The notes: generated from the sequence alone by a model not told the origin. DNA of 64,000 nt from an uncultured Nitrospiraceae bacterium (GCA_963727805.1 CAVSHF010000003.1:288001-352000), one strand, 5' to 3'; shown: positions 19,266 to 29,247, numbered from the stretch's first letter. A program made the numbers and translations.

Positions 19266-19845
19266 CAACGCTGTGCTGCTTGCCAGCTGTCAATTCCTGT
19301 ATGATCTTTTCCGTTTTTCTCTTGCAACGTCTCTGACCATAAAGTCTGGCACAGAAGGAGGTAATAATGCACACCAGATCCTGAAGCAGATCCTCCTTGC
19401 AATTGTCTGCTTCGTTGACTACCTGGATGTCGCGCCCATCGGCATTCAGCAGGGTCTTGTACCCGGTGAACCCGAACCGCGTAAACCTGTCTTTGTGCTC
19501 CACAACGATAATCCTTACCGTCCGATCCTGTAGCAAAGACAGCCATTGCTTACGGGTGTCGTTGATACCGGACCCTACTTCGGTTATAACCCTGCTCACT
19601 TTGTATCCCTTTGCAGCACAGTAATCCAAAAGACGGCGCTTCTGTGATTCCAGGTCGCTCTTGTTTTCAGAACAAGAGACCCGACAGTAAACGCCAACTG
19701 CCTGTTCCGAACCCTGGGACTCTTCTTCGCGGACAATAACCGTCCCCGTGGGCAGCTTGTAGGCATTGAGCTTACCGTCTTTGAATAGCCGCCATGCCGT
19801 CTGATAGCTGATGCCTAATTGCTTTGCGTATGTCGATAATTTCAT
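19249..19845 (-). CDS. tnpA: IS607 TnpA serine recombinase with N-terminal HTH
   Basis: MKLSTYAKQLGISYQTAWR; YCRVS; EVGSGIN; EHKDRFTRFGF; SFCARLYG. Confidence 0.95.
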   Translation of the reverse strand: MKLSTYAKQLGISYQTAWRLFKDGKLNAYKLPTGTVIVREEESQGSEQAVGVYCRVSCSENKSDLESQKRRLLDYCAAKGYKVSRVITEVGSGINDTRKQWLSLLQDRTVRIIVVEHKDRFTRFGFTGYKTLLNADGRDIQVVNEADNCKEDLLQDLVCIITSFCARLYGQRRCKRKTEKIIQELTAGKQHSVDGQDI

Positions 19846-20064
19846 GATTTATTATACTATATATGATGACAATTGTCTATAGTCAGTGCAGAAACTCAAC
19901 AAGGAAATGCTGTACGGGATATATGCCATTCACCGGACCACATCTATTCTTTGACGTGCGCTGGCATGACGCCAGGATCAACCCCCAGTTCCTGCTTGAG
20001 GATCCAGCTAAGATCCGAGCAGTGAGCCCATAACCTGCATAACAGTTCCCTAGCGAGCCAAGCC

Positions 20065-20673
20065 CTACTTAATCAGCTTGTCAGATGCTATTTTGCCCGT
20101 CATCGTGCTCACAAATTATTTAATAAGTGCCTGATTGTTCCCCGATAGGAGTGTTTACGGACGAGCAGCCCAGATCAGCTTTTCATTCTTTGTCTCATAG
20201 ATATTAGTCTCAGCAAATGCATACTCTTCTCTGACCATATACGCCGGCTGATGGAAATAGTCAAAGTAAGGCCCCCAACCGTAGTAATAGTTTGGGACGA
20301 CATACACTTCTCCTGGGACATAGCTCTAAACCGTTTTCTTATCGATCATTCTTGTCACGAGCACTGCATCTGCCCCCGTCCTTCTGATTTCTGTCATGAG
20401 AACAGCTTTCTTGTCTAAATCATCTATCGGCATCAACGTATAACTGGCTAAAGCATCGACCCCTCCCGACTTCATTTGTCACACGAACTCGTCCTCTAAG
20501 AAATTCCTGATAGAAGTCTGCCTAAATGCTCCTGCGACCACGATTTTCCGGATTGTTTTATGAAAGCTCTCATCTTTCCATACAGTAGTCAGCTTCGTCG
20601 TAGCGCATGAGGTAAAAAGAAAGATACTGATGGCGATGTTGCAATAAGTGAATATCCTGCTTTTATTATTCAT
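20065..20673 (-). pseudogene. Lipoprotein (DUF4136-like) pseudogene
   Basis: Lipobox FTSC followed by an otherwise continuous frame (…ADAVLVTRMID…YYGWGPY…ETNIYE..NEKLIWAA…) with four in-frame stops. Confidence 0.7.
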
Positions 20674-21074
20674 GACCTGCCTTCTCAGTGATGAGAGTTC
20701 GTTATTGCCCAAATCTGTTTCGCAGGACAAAACTTTCCCACAATATAGCCTAACTAATTTCTTTTTAGCATGAAAGTATCCGCAATGCCAGACGAATGCA
20801 TAGCATCGTGGGGTTATTGTCCATCTTACATTTGTTTCCATTATGGTCATTTAGTTCGGATTATATAAGTAAAAACATATACATCTTTAGCGGAATTTAG
20901 TATGTTGACCGCAGGGGGAAAGTGATATTTTATCGTTGCAATTCTGAAGTCTCAAATTGGGCTCCTCGCAATCAAATGTATTGATACTCGGGACACACAG
21001 CATTTTGGCCCTGCTATCTTTTCTCGCAGTTTCTGCTTACACTTTATAGAAATAAGCTCAGACAGGAGAGAAAT

Positions 21075-21542
21075 ATGAAGGTTTACATATCCTACGGCGC
21101 GATGGGCCTATCTATTTTGCTGCTCATGCTTGGTTTTGCGTGGGGAGAAAAGACTCTATTCACGAAACATTTCCAGAATACGCTCTTCGACGTCACCGAA
21201 CATGCTCTGTATAGCGTGGAAATCCTTCTTGACGACCAAGAGTATAAGATCGGGAAGAACGTTATCGGTATGGTGATCCATAATGCCCATGATGCGGATG
21301 TTACGGGCGCAGAGATCACGTTTGTCCTGAAGGATCTCGTCGCTGGTAAGAATTTTCCTGTGTCATCGAAGATAACGGATAAGGGAAACGGGCTTTACAT
21401 TGTCTCAGGGCTTGATCTCCAGAAAGAAGGCAAGTGGGAACTCACGATAACGGTAAAAAAAGACCGCATCGAAGATTTCGTGAAGTTCGTTCTTCCCGAT
21501 GCCCTTAAGGCGCGTGTGCCGAGGGGTAAGTATTCTCCATAG
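21075..21542 (+). CDS. YtkA/FixH-like secreted protein
   Basis: Signal peptide; DKGNGLY...GKWELTITV. Confidence 0.7.
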   Translation: MKVYISYGAMGLSILLLMLGFAWGEKTLFTKHFQNTLFDVTEHALYSVEILLDDQEYKIGKNVIGMVIHNAHDADVTGAEITFVLKDLVAGKNFPVSSKITDKGNGLYIVSGLDLQKEGKWELTITVKKDRIEDFVKFVLPDALKARVPRGKYSP

Positions 21543-21823
21543 GGTTAATGGAATCGGCCACTTGCCGTGTCTCTTCTTGCGATTTGTGCCGGGATGTGGG
21601 AGTAAGAGAGTTCTTTTGCACCAGTCTATAATCTTGGCTTTTTGTCGAAGTTAATAGTCCTGGTGAGTAGGTAACAGTGACAAGTGTCATCGGGAATACG
21701 TACTGAAAATTTAGTACTCCTATGATGCGATGCGTTGTGGCATGCTCTCGTTGACTATCCCCATTTGGTTAATAGTTGTTGTATGTAATGCCTTCCCCAT
21801 AGCTGATGTTGGAGGTTTTGACC

Positions 21824-22879
21824 ATGTATACAAATACGGACATCAGACCTTTTGAGAATTGTCTTCCATTGGATGGGTATCATTGTCAGACGAATTCTTT
21901 GGCTAAGATATTTCATCATTACCATCATCCCTTGTCAGAGGATATGATTCTTGGCATCGGAGCAGGAATGGGATTTATTTATTGGAAAATGAAAATGAGA
22001 TCAAGCGTCTATGTCTTTATTGGGGGACGTGGAAATATTAAGGATTTCTTTAATGATTTAGGCAAGAGGACAGGCGTAAAAATGCGTGTAGTTACCACAA
22101 CTAGCTCAAAAAGTGCTGAAGCTTCTCTTTTGGAACGACTCGAAAGAAGAGAACCTGTGATGCTATTCGGTGACATGGGTTTTTTGCCGTGGTTTGATCT
22201 TCCTCAAGAGTACCATTTTGGCGGGCATACGTTTGTTATCTGTGGTTATGATGGGAACAATGGTGTGTTGGCGTCTGATTTAGAGCAAAAAGCTGCTAAT
22301 CTTAAGAAAGGTTTTTATTGCCCAATTACTTTGGAACAATTAAGCAAAGCAAGGAGTTCAACTTACAAGCCTTTTCCGCCAAGAAACGCATATCTTGAGT
22401 TCGATTTCAGCACATATCATCAGCCAGAAGTAAAAGAGATATATGCAGCCATCAAACAAACCAGTGAAACAATGCTGAATCCGCCAATAAAGAATATTGG
22501 TGTCAAAGGCATGCGGCACACCGCGAAGGAACTATTGAAGTGGCCTGAGATGTTCGAAGAAAATGACTTACGGATGAACCTATTCAGCATTTACATTTTT
22601 GTTGAAATTGGAGGCACCGGAGGGGGTTGCTTTCGTTATATGTATTCCAGGTTTTTAGAAGAATTTGCAAAGATCACGAAGAACGATGAGTTACTCATAT
22701 CAGCAGAGAGATTTCGAAAAGCGGGTGAAATATTTTCTGAGATAGGGCTTTTATTTAAAGAAGCAAAGAAGGCAGATGATCTGGACAAAAGAATAGGAAA
22801 GGCAAGCGACATGTTTCATGCCGTTGCAGACGTAGAAGAGAATGCCTATACAGTGTTGGCGAAAAGCGTCCAGTCGTAA
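21824..22879 (+). CDS. BtrH N-terminal / DUF4872-like protein (papain-like fold)
   Basis: GYHCQT, LSEDMILGIGAG.GF, HFGGH and GGTGGGCFRYMYSRFL motifs; GGAGG RBS. Confidence 0.8.
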   Translation: MYTNTDIRPFENCLPLDGYHCQTNSLAKIFHHYHHPLSEDMILGIGAGMGFIYWKMKMRSSVYVFIGGRGNIKDFFNDLGKRTGVKMRVVTTTSSKSAEASLLERLERREPVMLFGDMGFLPWFDLPQEYHFGGHTFVICGYDGNNGVLASDLEQKAANLKKGFYCPITLEQLSKARSSTYKPFPPRNAYLEFDFSTYHQPEVKEIYAAIKQTSETMLNPPIKNIGVKGMRHTAKELLKWPEMFEENDLRMNLFSIYIFVEIGGTGGGCFRYMYSRFLEEFAKITKNDELLISAERFRKAGEIFSEIGLLFKEAKKADDLDKRIGKASDMFHAVADVEENAYTVLAKSVQS

Positions 22880-23541
22880 TGCGGCAGAAGACTGCATATA
22901 ACGAGATCGCTTTTCGTTTATCAAGATTTTGAAAGAAATGTGTCACTTTCAAGAGAAGGCTATCTCGGGAAAAGTTTCTCTGGATACTTCAAGCTAAAGG
23001 AAGTATATGCAGATAGATGACTGTAATCAAAGCCGCTGTAATCTAGCATGCGTGAGTGATACAGTCGGGATTTAAGTGTTAAGGTTATTGGAAACTGCAT
23101 GGTTTACGTTTAGAAATGTGATTTCTATAAGGCATGTGTGCGGTAGGGAAGAGCATTTCACTCGGGTATGGTGGGGGTAACTGTTACCTCACCTAATATG
23201 CATTCTTCAAGAATGCATATTGGATATGTCTTTCTTCATCTACTTTTTGACACTCATACCCTTTGTTGATAGTATGTCAATACGGTGATGTTGTCAAGAT
23301 TATATAATACGTATTTGCCTGAACAAATCGTTTCGTTTCACCCAACGCCTGGAAACAGATTGTCATATATGTTGGCTCAAGGTTGTATCTATCAGCACTC
23401 AGGTATAAGGCAAACCACAAAAAATAAGTTTCTAATAGTCGGTATCCATAAACAGTTTCACAGCGAAGGAAATTCCATGCCCCGGATAAGAACAGGAACC
23501 TGTAAACTCCTGATGCGCAGAGTCGCGGGCGCCGGACATGT

Positions 23542-24802
23542 ATGGCCATGATGCCGCCCCATAAATCGGACGCGCCGCCACCAAAAGATAGTCCCGTCCG
23601 AGCGGGAGTCGTGCGCTTTGAGCTCTCACCCTCGACCATTATCACCATGGTTCTCGTTGTCGCCGGATTGTGGGTAATGATCCGACTCCTGCCGGTTGTT
23701 CTCGTACTCGTTACGGCTCTCAGCATCGTCGGCGCGCTGAGCCCGGTGGTCCAGTGGCTCGAAACGCGGCGTCTGCGAAGGGGATTAAGCATCGCGATCG
23801 TTTTCTTGACGCTCCTGGTAATCACCCTTCTTGTTGTCACCCTGACGATCCCGGCGCTCCTGGCCGAAGTGACGAGCCTTATCGATCAAGAGCCTGTGCT
23901 GCGCGCGTCTCGTGGCCCGTCTCGCCAATTCTCCTCTGACAGCCCCCCTCGCAGAGTCTCTGCGCACTATTCAATACGGTGTGCTGATGAAATCTTCCGC
24001 TGAGCTGGCATTCACTTTTTCGACACGCGCTATTGAGGTCTTTGCGTACAGCTTGGGCTCCATCTTTCTGGCGCTTTATATGATGATCGACAGGGATCGC
24101 CTACGCGGAGGTCTTTTCGCAATCGTGCCACGCTCTCACCATATCCGTCTCTCTCGCGTCATGATGAATCTGGAGACGATCGTAGGCGGCTATATCCGTG
24201 GACAGGTCATAACCTGCGTGCTCATGGCTGTCTTCACTTTCATCCTGCTGACGGTATGTGGTGTCTCGAATGCCTTGGCGATCGCAGTGTTCGGCGGTAT
24301 CGCGGACGTGCTACCGTATATCGGCATTTTCCTCACGATGGGCCCTGCAGTAGTGGCAGCGCTGGCCCAAGGCCCGACCGTCACCGTGCTCGTGCTAGTG
24401 CTGCTGCTGGCTTATGAGGAGTTCGAAAGCCGGGTGCTCGTGCCCGTAGTCTACGGTCGCGCACTGCGCCTCCCGTCCTCCGTCGTGCTTTTTTCGCTCA
24501 TCGCCGGTGCAACGCTGCTGGGAATCATGGGAGCGCTCCTCGCACTCCCAGTCGCTGCGGCAATACTAATGCTGATCGAGGAACTGCGCGTAGAGCTACC
24601 AGGCGAGATAGAACTCAGTGAGGATGCGGAGTTGCGAAAGAGGGACGATCGAGGCGAACAGGAGTACGAGCGTCGCACGGAAGGCATGCCGGCCGAGCAG
24701 GCTGCCGCCGTTGCTGTAGAAATGTCACATGATCGAAGAAAGGAAGAAGTCGCCCCCCATGGGTCTCCGGAGGCGTCCTCTCATGACGAGAAGCGCGTTT
24801 GA
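23542..24802 (+). pseudogene. AI-2E family transporter, single frameshift near 23905-23912
   Basis: The N-terminal ORF 23542..24003 and the C-terminal ORF 23912..24802 (GYIRGQ, LPYIG, GALLALP) form one protein split within a GCGCGCG run. This could also be a sequencing error. Confidence 0.8.
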
Positions 24803-24977
24803 GACGCCTATGGCAAATTAGGATGGATTGCAGGAATTTTCCTCACCATTTACTCAGCTTTTCTGACCATGCTCGTTTTAGCTGTTCTTTCGCAGGAAGT
24901 TTTTATAATTAAAAAGAAAAGGTAGAGTAATATCTCTTGCTCTGGCCTTCTTAAACCTTACAAAACAATGAGTCAAA

Positions 24978-25024
24978 TGGTAGGCATGAGGGGTATCGCA
25001 TCCCTGACCTCTACCGCGTCAAGG
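24978..25024 (-). repeat. Degenerate duplicate of tRNA-Val 3' half (att-like)
   Basis: 43/47 identity to 27058..27104, ending in the anticodon arm. Confidence 0.9.
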
Positions 25025-25216
25025 CATTTTCCCATTTCTCTGTATGTACCAGTCTTTACTAATCCCCTGAAATTCATAACCATTTATCTTCAGACAGGCA
25101 TCAGGTTTTACCTGTGTCATTAGCACAAAATCAGCATACTCCCCTTTCTTTATCTGGAGGGGTAAATAGTCCAGGACTAGATAGAAGTGTAACCACAAGA
25201 GCATTGAAATGTGGAC

Positions 25217-26188
25217 CTAACTTATGCGCAGGGAACGCTTGACTCCCGTATCTGTAAATAGCAGTACGAATTGCTCGAAAATATCTCTGTGGAAATGATT
25301 CAGCATTTCTTCCTTCATTACTTTCAGGGCCTCAAAAGGAGTCAGTTTCGGCTTGTATGAACGCTCACCGGTCAGCGCATCGTACACATCGGCAATACAG
25401 CAAATGCGTCCGTAGATATGGATTCGCTCGCCCTTGAGGCCCATCGGATATCCAGTGCCATCGTCCCGTTCGTGGTGCTGCATGGTAATAATGGCGCATT
25501 CCTTCGATAACTGATCGGCCTCCTGAAGTATCTTGAACCCATGGTATGGGTGCCTCTTCATAATATCCATCTCTTGTCTAGTCAGTCTGCCCTGTTTGCG
25601 GATTATCGCAGGGTCGACTCGCACTTTGCCCAAGTCATGAAGGAAAAAGCTGGCCGCAAGTTCATGCATATCATGAGCATCCGATCTTTTGAACAGACGC
25701 TTTGAGAGCAATATTGCGAGAAATCCCACCTTGACCGAATGTGTATAGGTATAAATATCATGGGAGGTTATCCTGAGAAGATATTGGGATGTCTCTTCCT
25801 GCGAGAGTACCAGGTCGACTATCTCTGCCGTTCCTTGCTTGGCTTCCTGTATATTTTCGGCCCGTGGATCATCAAACAGTTTCTCCAAAAGTTCGACACT
25901 GGACTTGTATATAATGTGGGCTTTTTTCGCAGGCGGAAGGTTTCTGTCATGAATAGCCTGAAGAATCTCGGGAGGGACGAGTTTTCCAGGTTCCCATCTC
26001 TCAGGTGGAAACAAACTTTTGTATTTATGACCCACAGTTTTAGATTCGACTGTTGGAACGCTCTTTGAAAATTCTATCTTGACCTCATCGAATCCGCTGT
26101 CGATTATTTTTTGCATTTCATCTCGCGATTTAATAACAGAACGGTTTTTTAAAATGCATGGTTTAACCAAAAGGCAGGGAGATGACAT
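25217..26188 (-). CDS. HD-GYP domain c-di-GMP phosphodiesterase
   Basis: YTYTHS, LHDLGK, HHERDDGTGYP and IADVYDALT motifs. Confidence 0.92.
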   Translation of the reverse strand: MSSPCLLVKPCILKNRSVIKSRDEMQKIIDSGFDEVKIEFSKSVPTVESKTVGHKYKSLFPPERWEPGKLVPPEILQAIHDRNLPPAKKAHIIYKSSVELLEKLFDDPRAENIQEAKQGTAEIVDLVLSQEETSQYLLRITSHDIYTYTHSVKVGFLAILLSKRLFKRSDAHDMHELAASFFLHDLGKVRVDPAIIRKQGRLTRQEMDIMKRHPYHGFKILQEADQLSKECAIITMQHHERDDGTGYPMGLKGERIHIYGRICCIADVYDALTGERSYKPKLTPFEALKVMKEEMLNHFHRDIFEQFVLLFTDTGVKRSLRIS

Positions 26189-26305
26189 GCATGCCTACCT
26201 TAATCCCCCCCGTGTCTCATATGCTGACGATAAAGATTACAAATAGCAATATACAAGGTCAAAATAAAATTATGAGGCTATGATTGAACACCCAGTTCCG
26301 AAATC

Positions 26306-26518
26306 CTAGTCAAGAATTGTGTTGAAAGTAACTGTAAACACTTCCCTGTATTGGTCAGCCAGGTGCTTGATGTGTTCCAGGTGTAACGAGAGTCTTGTTG
26401 AACCCTGAAGCTTCTTATCTATGTCTGCTGCCGAATCGATTGCCTCAAGCAGTGCCCTTAAAATACTCTTATGATCGAGAGTTAAATGTGTATGTGTAGG
26501 CATAGTGTGATCAGTCAT
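26306..26518 (-). CDS. Small conserved hypothetical protein (paralog of 2768..2950)
   Basis: Paralog similarity; AAGGA RBS. Confidence 0.7.
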   Translation of the reverse strand: MTDHTMPTHTHLTLDHKSILRALLEAIDSAADIDKKLQGSTRLSLHLEHIKHLADQYREVFTVTFNTILD

Positions 26519-26547
26519 GATTCAATCCTTCTTTGCGGGCGTTTGAT

Positions 26548-26778
26548 CTACTCTGTCAAGGAAGGTGTTGGAAAGATTTGCGGTGCCCGTCTTTCAGGTC
26601 CAGCATGCGGAGCCAAATGATGCCCCCGCTTTCTTATGGGATCTGCACCAACGGCGATCCACCTTTTCTCAGAATAGCGATAAAACGTTTTGATCTTGCA
26701 GATGTCGATAAGGCGCTGCAGAGAGATCTCGGAAATCATGTCATAAACATTATTGCTGTACTGGACTCTTATGATCAC
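26548..26778 (-). CDS. GSU3473-family-like small protein
   Basis: (M)IIRVQY...KIKTFYRYSEKRWIAVGADPIR...GPERR; paralog of 2963..3178. Confidence 0.72.
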   Translation of the reverse strand: MIIRVQYSNNVYDMISEISLQRLIDICKIKTFYRYSEKRWIAVGADPIRKRGHHLAPHAGPERRAPQIFPTPSLTE

Positions 26779-26870
26779 TTTGCCCTCTCCCCAGAGTAGA
26801 ATCTAATTGTCAGTATCATAACTGTATTTGTATCAGAAGGGAAGACTCAAAATGATGAGATTGCGAATTT

Positions 26871-26886
26871 GGTGACGTCCATCACA
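26871..26886 (-). promoter_or_regulatory. CRP/FNR-family-like box (minus: TGTGA-TGGACG-TCACC)
   Basis: Same spacing to the TATGAT -10 (26820-26815) as the paralogous site at 3272. Confidence 0.65.
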
Positions 26887-26994
26887 AAAAATGTCAGTCG
26901 AGGCTGGTCGCACTGTTGGCGTACACTTGGTGAGCTTTTTTGATAGACCTCGCAAACGCGCGTTCTACCGTAAGAAGTCAATGCAAAAGCAAAG

Positions 26995-27030
26995 AAAAAG
27001 CCGAGACATTTTTACTGTCGCGGCTTTTTG
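26995..27030 (-). terminator. Hairpin terminator downstream of tRNA-Val (A/T tracts on both sides)
   Basis: AAAAAGCCGAGACA...TGTCGCGGCTTTTT. Confidence 0.7.
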
Positions 27031-27057
27031 AGAATCTAACAATATCAACGAGATAAA

Positions 27058-27132
27058 TGGTAGGCACGAGGGGTATCGAACCCCTGACCTCTACCGTGTC
27101 AAGGTAGCGCTCTCCCACTGAGCTACGCGCCT
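27058..27132 (-). tRNA. tRNA-Val (anticodon GAC)
   Basis: AGGCGCGTAGCTCAGTGGGAGAGCGCTACCTTGACACGGTAGAGGTCAGGGGTTCGATACCCCTCGTGCCTACCA folds as a cloverleaf with encoded CCA. Confidence 0.97.
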
Positions 27133-27344
27133 GATCGAAATGTGGATGCTTATTTAAACCAAAACAGGCCTATTTTGTCAATTATGGAATGCCAGCTGGG
27201 CGTTTAGGCAATAATTATCTTCAGACTATGAACTATTCATATGCACTACACAGTTAAAATGACTGTGTTAGTATGGTTTCTTTGTAAGATGCATCGAAAA
27301 AAAACAGAAATTCCTGTTTTTTTGTGGTCCACGGCGTCTCAGAA

Positions 27345-27776
27345 TGCAAGGAGTGAGAGACTCGACAATGCACGTGCTGCTGTATTACTGTTGTTCTTCT
27401 CATTATCTATTTGCAGTCGCTGAATATGATGCTGCAATCGAGGCGTACAATAATGGAAGCTATATAAAAGATTGCCGTACGTTCCTTTCCATGGTTGATC
27501 AGGGTCAAGCAACCGCACAATATACTGCTGAGGGTCCCTTAAAAGAAGAACGAAAGCTTTTGTATGTGGTCGAAAAACGGTGAAGCAAGGTATGGCACTG
27601 GTGCAATTCAAGGTGGCCATTATGCTTGTGAATGGATAGGGAATTGCAGAAGAAGCAGAAGTGATCAAATCTTTTCTCAAGGCATCAGAACATGGGCTGG
27701 TGCTTTATATCTCGATGGACAGGGTGAGGAAAAGAGTCGCTTAAAAGCATTGAAGTTACACTTGATCAAGTTGTGA
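27345..27776 (+). pseudogene. Sel1/TPR-repeat protein remnant
   Basis: Fragments AIEAYNNGSY, QGQATAQY and GALYLDGQG in different frames. Confidence 0.45.
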
Positions 27777-27953
27777 AAGTAGACCTGGCAAAGATTGCAA
27801 ATGGTTTCGCAGGCAAATAAATTTCTTCGCAATTTCATTCGGAAATAGTTTTTATTATAATCTCTGGGTTGACTATTGAATCCCTCTTCATCCATGTGTA
27901 CACTGATAAAGTCTGCTGTCAAAAGAAATACCTGGCGAAAAGGAGATATCTGC

Positions 27954-28586
27954 ATGATTAAAATTCTTATCGCTGACGATCATACCATCGTTCGTGAGGG
28001 GTTAAAGCAAATCCTTATGGAGACGAACGATATGGTGGTGGCTGCTGAAGCAGGCAACGGTCAGGAAGTACTCGATAAAATCTGGAAGGATGATTTTGAC
28101 GTGGTTGTTCTCGATATCGCAATGCCTGGCAGGAGCGGACTCGATGTACTTAAGGAACTGAAGGGTTACAAGCAGAGGCTGCCTGTGCTCGTTTTGAGTA
28201 TGTACCCAGAAGATCAATATGCTCTGCGGGTACTGAGAGCTGGTGCTGATGGATATCTTACAAAAGAGAGCGCCCCGAATGAATTGATAACGGCGATAAG
28301 GAAAGTATGTTCGGGTAAGAAATACATAAGTCCTTTTCTGGCGGAGAAGCTTGCTTTCGGACTTGAGGCGGATACTGCGAAGCCACCCCATGAACTTCTT
28401 TCTGACCGAGAGTATCAGGTAATGTGCCGGATTGCCTCCGGCAAAACGGTCAAAGAAATTGGCGATGAATTATCACTGAGCGTCAAGACTATTAGCACGT
28501 ATCGTGCCCGCATTCTCGAAAAGATGGGAATGAAGAACAATGCAGAATTGACACATTATGCGATCCAGAATCACCTTGTAGATTAA
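27954..28586 (+). CDS. NarL/LuxR-family response regulator
   Basis: ILIADDHTIVREGL; LSDREYQV...LSVKTISTYR. Confidence 0.95.
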   Translation: MIKILIADDHTIVREGLKQILMETNDMVVAAEAGNGQEVLDKIWKDDFDVVVLDIAMPGRSGLDVLKELKGYKQRLPVLVLSMYPEDQYALRVLRAGADGYLTKESAPNELITAIRKVCSGKKYISPFLAEKLAFGLEADTAKPPHELLSDREYQVMCRIASGKTVKEIGDELSLSVKTISTYRARILEKMGMKNNAELTHYAIQNHLVD

Positions 28587-28596
28587 CACTGCACAA

Positions 28597-28660
28597 TGTA
28601 AGACAGAGACCGATGAAAAAATCAGTACTTTGGCGACATAAAAAAAGGACTTTGTCTGAT
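28597..28660. promoter_or_regulatory. Three degenerate boxes at 23-bp period upstream of hsp20
   Basis: TAAG-N7-CCGA (28599), TCAG-N7-GCGA (28622) and AAGG-N7-CTGA (28645). Confidence 0.4.
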
Positions 28661-28761
28661 ATCACTACCGTCTAATTTACACGTAAAATTTTAATTATGA
28701 GCAGTTCTCTTTCATGGGCGAATACTAACAACCCTGCGTCTTATTAAGTATGGAGGAGGCT

Positions 28762-29247
28762 ATGGAAAAGAGCAAACAGACGACGGAACTTGCAAAACGC
28801 GAAACTACCAAGATGTTGTCCCCCTTTTCAGAAATGGAACGCATGATGGCGGATTTTATGCGAAGACCTTTCTCTATGTTTCCTGCAATGTGGCCAAGAA
28901 TGGAAATTATTGAGGAGGAAATGATTCCCGCCGTCGATATTTATGAAGAGGGCGATTCTGTTGTAGCAAAGGTGGAATTGCCCGGAATGAATAAAGAGGA
29001 TATCAGTGTTGAAATCAACAACGGCATACTGAAAATAGCCGGGGAGAAGAAGCGGGAAGAAAAGGTGGAAAAGAAAAACTATTATCGTATCGAGCGTTCA
29101 TCGGGTTCCTTTGAGAGGCGTATCAGTCTGCCTGTCGAGACCCAGGCTGACAAGGCTAAGGCGACGTTTAAAGATGGCGTGCTACAGATCAAGATCCCAA
29201 AGAGCGAAGAAGCGAAGAAAAAAGAAAATAAAATAAATATTGAGTGA
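28762..29247 (+). CDS. Hsp20/alpha-crystallin small heat-shock protein
   Basis: PAVDIYE..ELPGM..ERSSGSFER..FKDGVLQIKIPK. Confidence 0.95.
   Translation: MEKSKQTTELAKRETTKMLSPFSEMERMMADFMRRPFSMFPAMWPRMEIIEEEMIPAVDIYEEGDSVVAKVELPGMNKEDISVEINNGILKIAGEKKREEKVEKKNYYRIERSSGSFERRISLPVETQADKAKATFKDGVLQIKIPKSEEAKKKENKINIE

Larger units (their letters stand above)
17692..19888 (-). mobile_element. IS607-family element (serine-recombinase TnpA + TnpB); ends approximate
   Basis: tnpA overlaps tnpB. Short TGACTA-type repeats occur at both ends (17695, 17726, 19880) and there are no long IRs. Confidence 0.85.

Noticed and set aside
20065..20673. Stop-codon recoding in the lipoprotein gene
   Set aside because: The in-frame stops are mixed (TGA, TAG, TAA), which fits decay. 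Other genes use the standard code.
24810..24926. Hydrophobic C-terminal fragment (YGKLGWIAGIFL...KKKR*)
   Set aside because: Probably a truncated membrane-protein end at an island junction, too short to assign.
25206..25215. GAAATGTGGA also found at 27137 beside the tRNA
   Set aside because: A 10-bp match at inconsistent spacing from the att-like repeat; may be chance.
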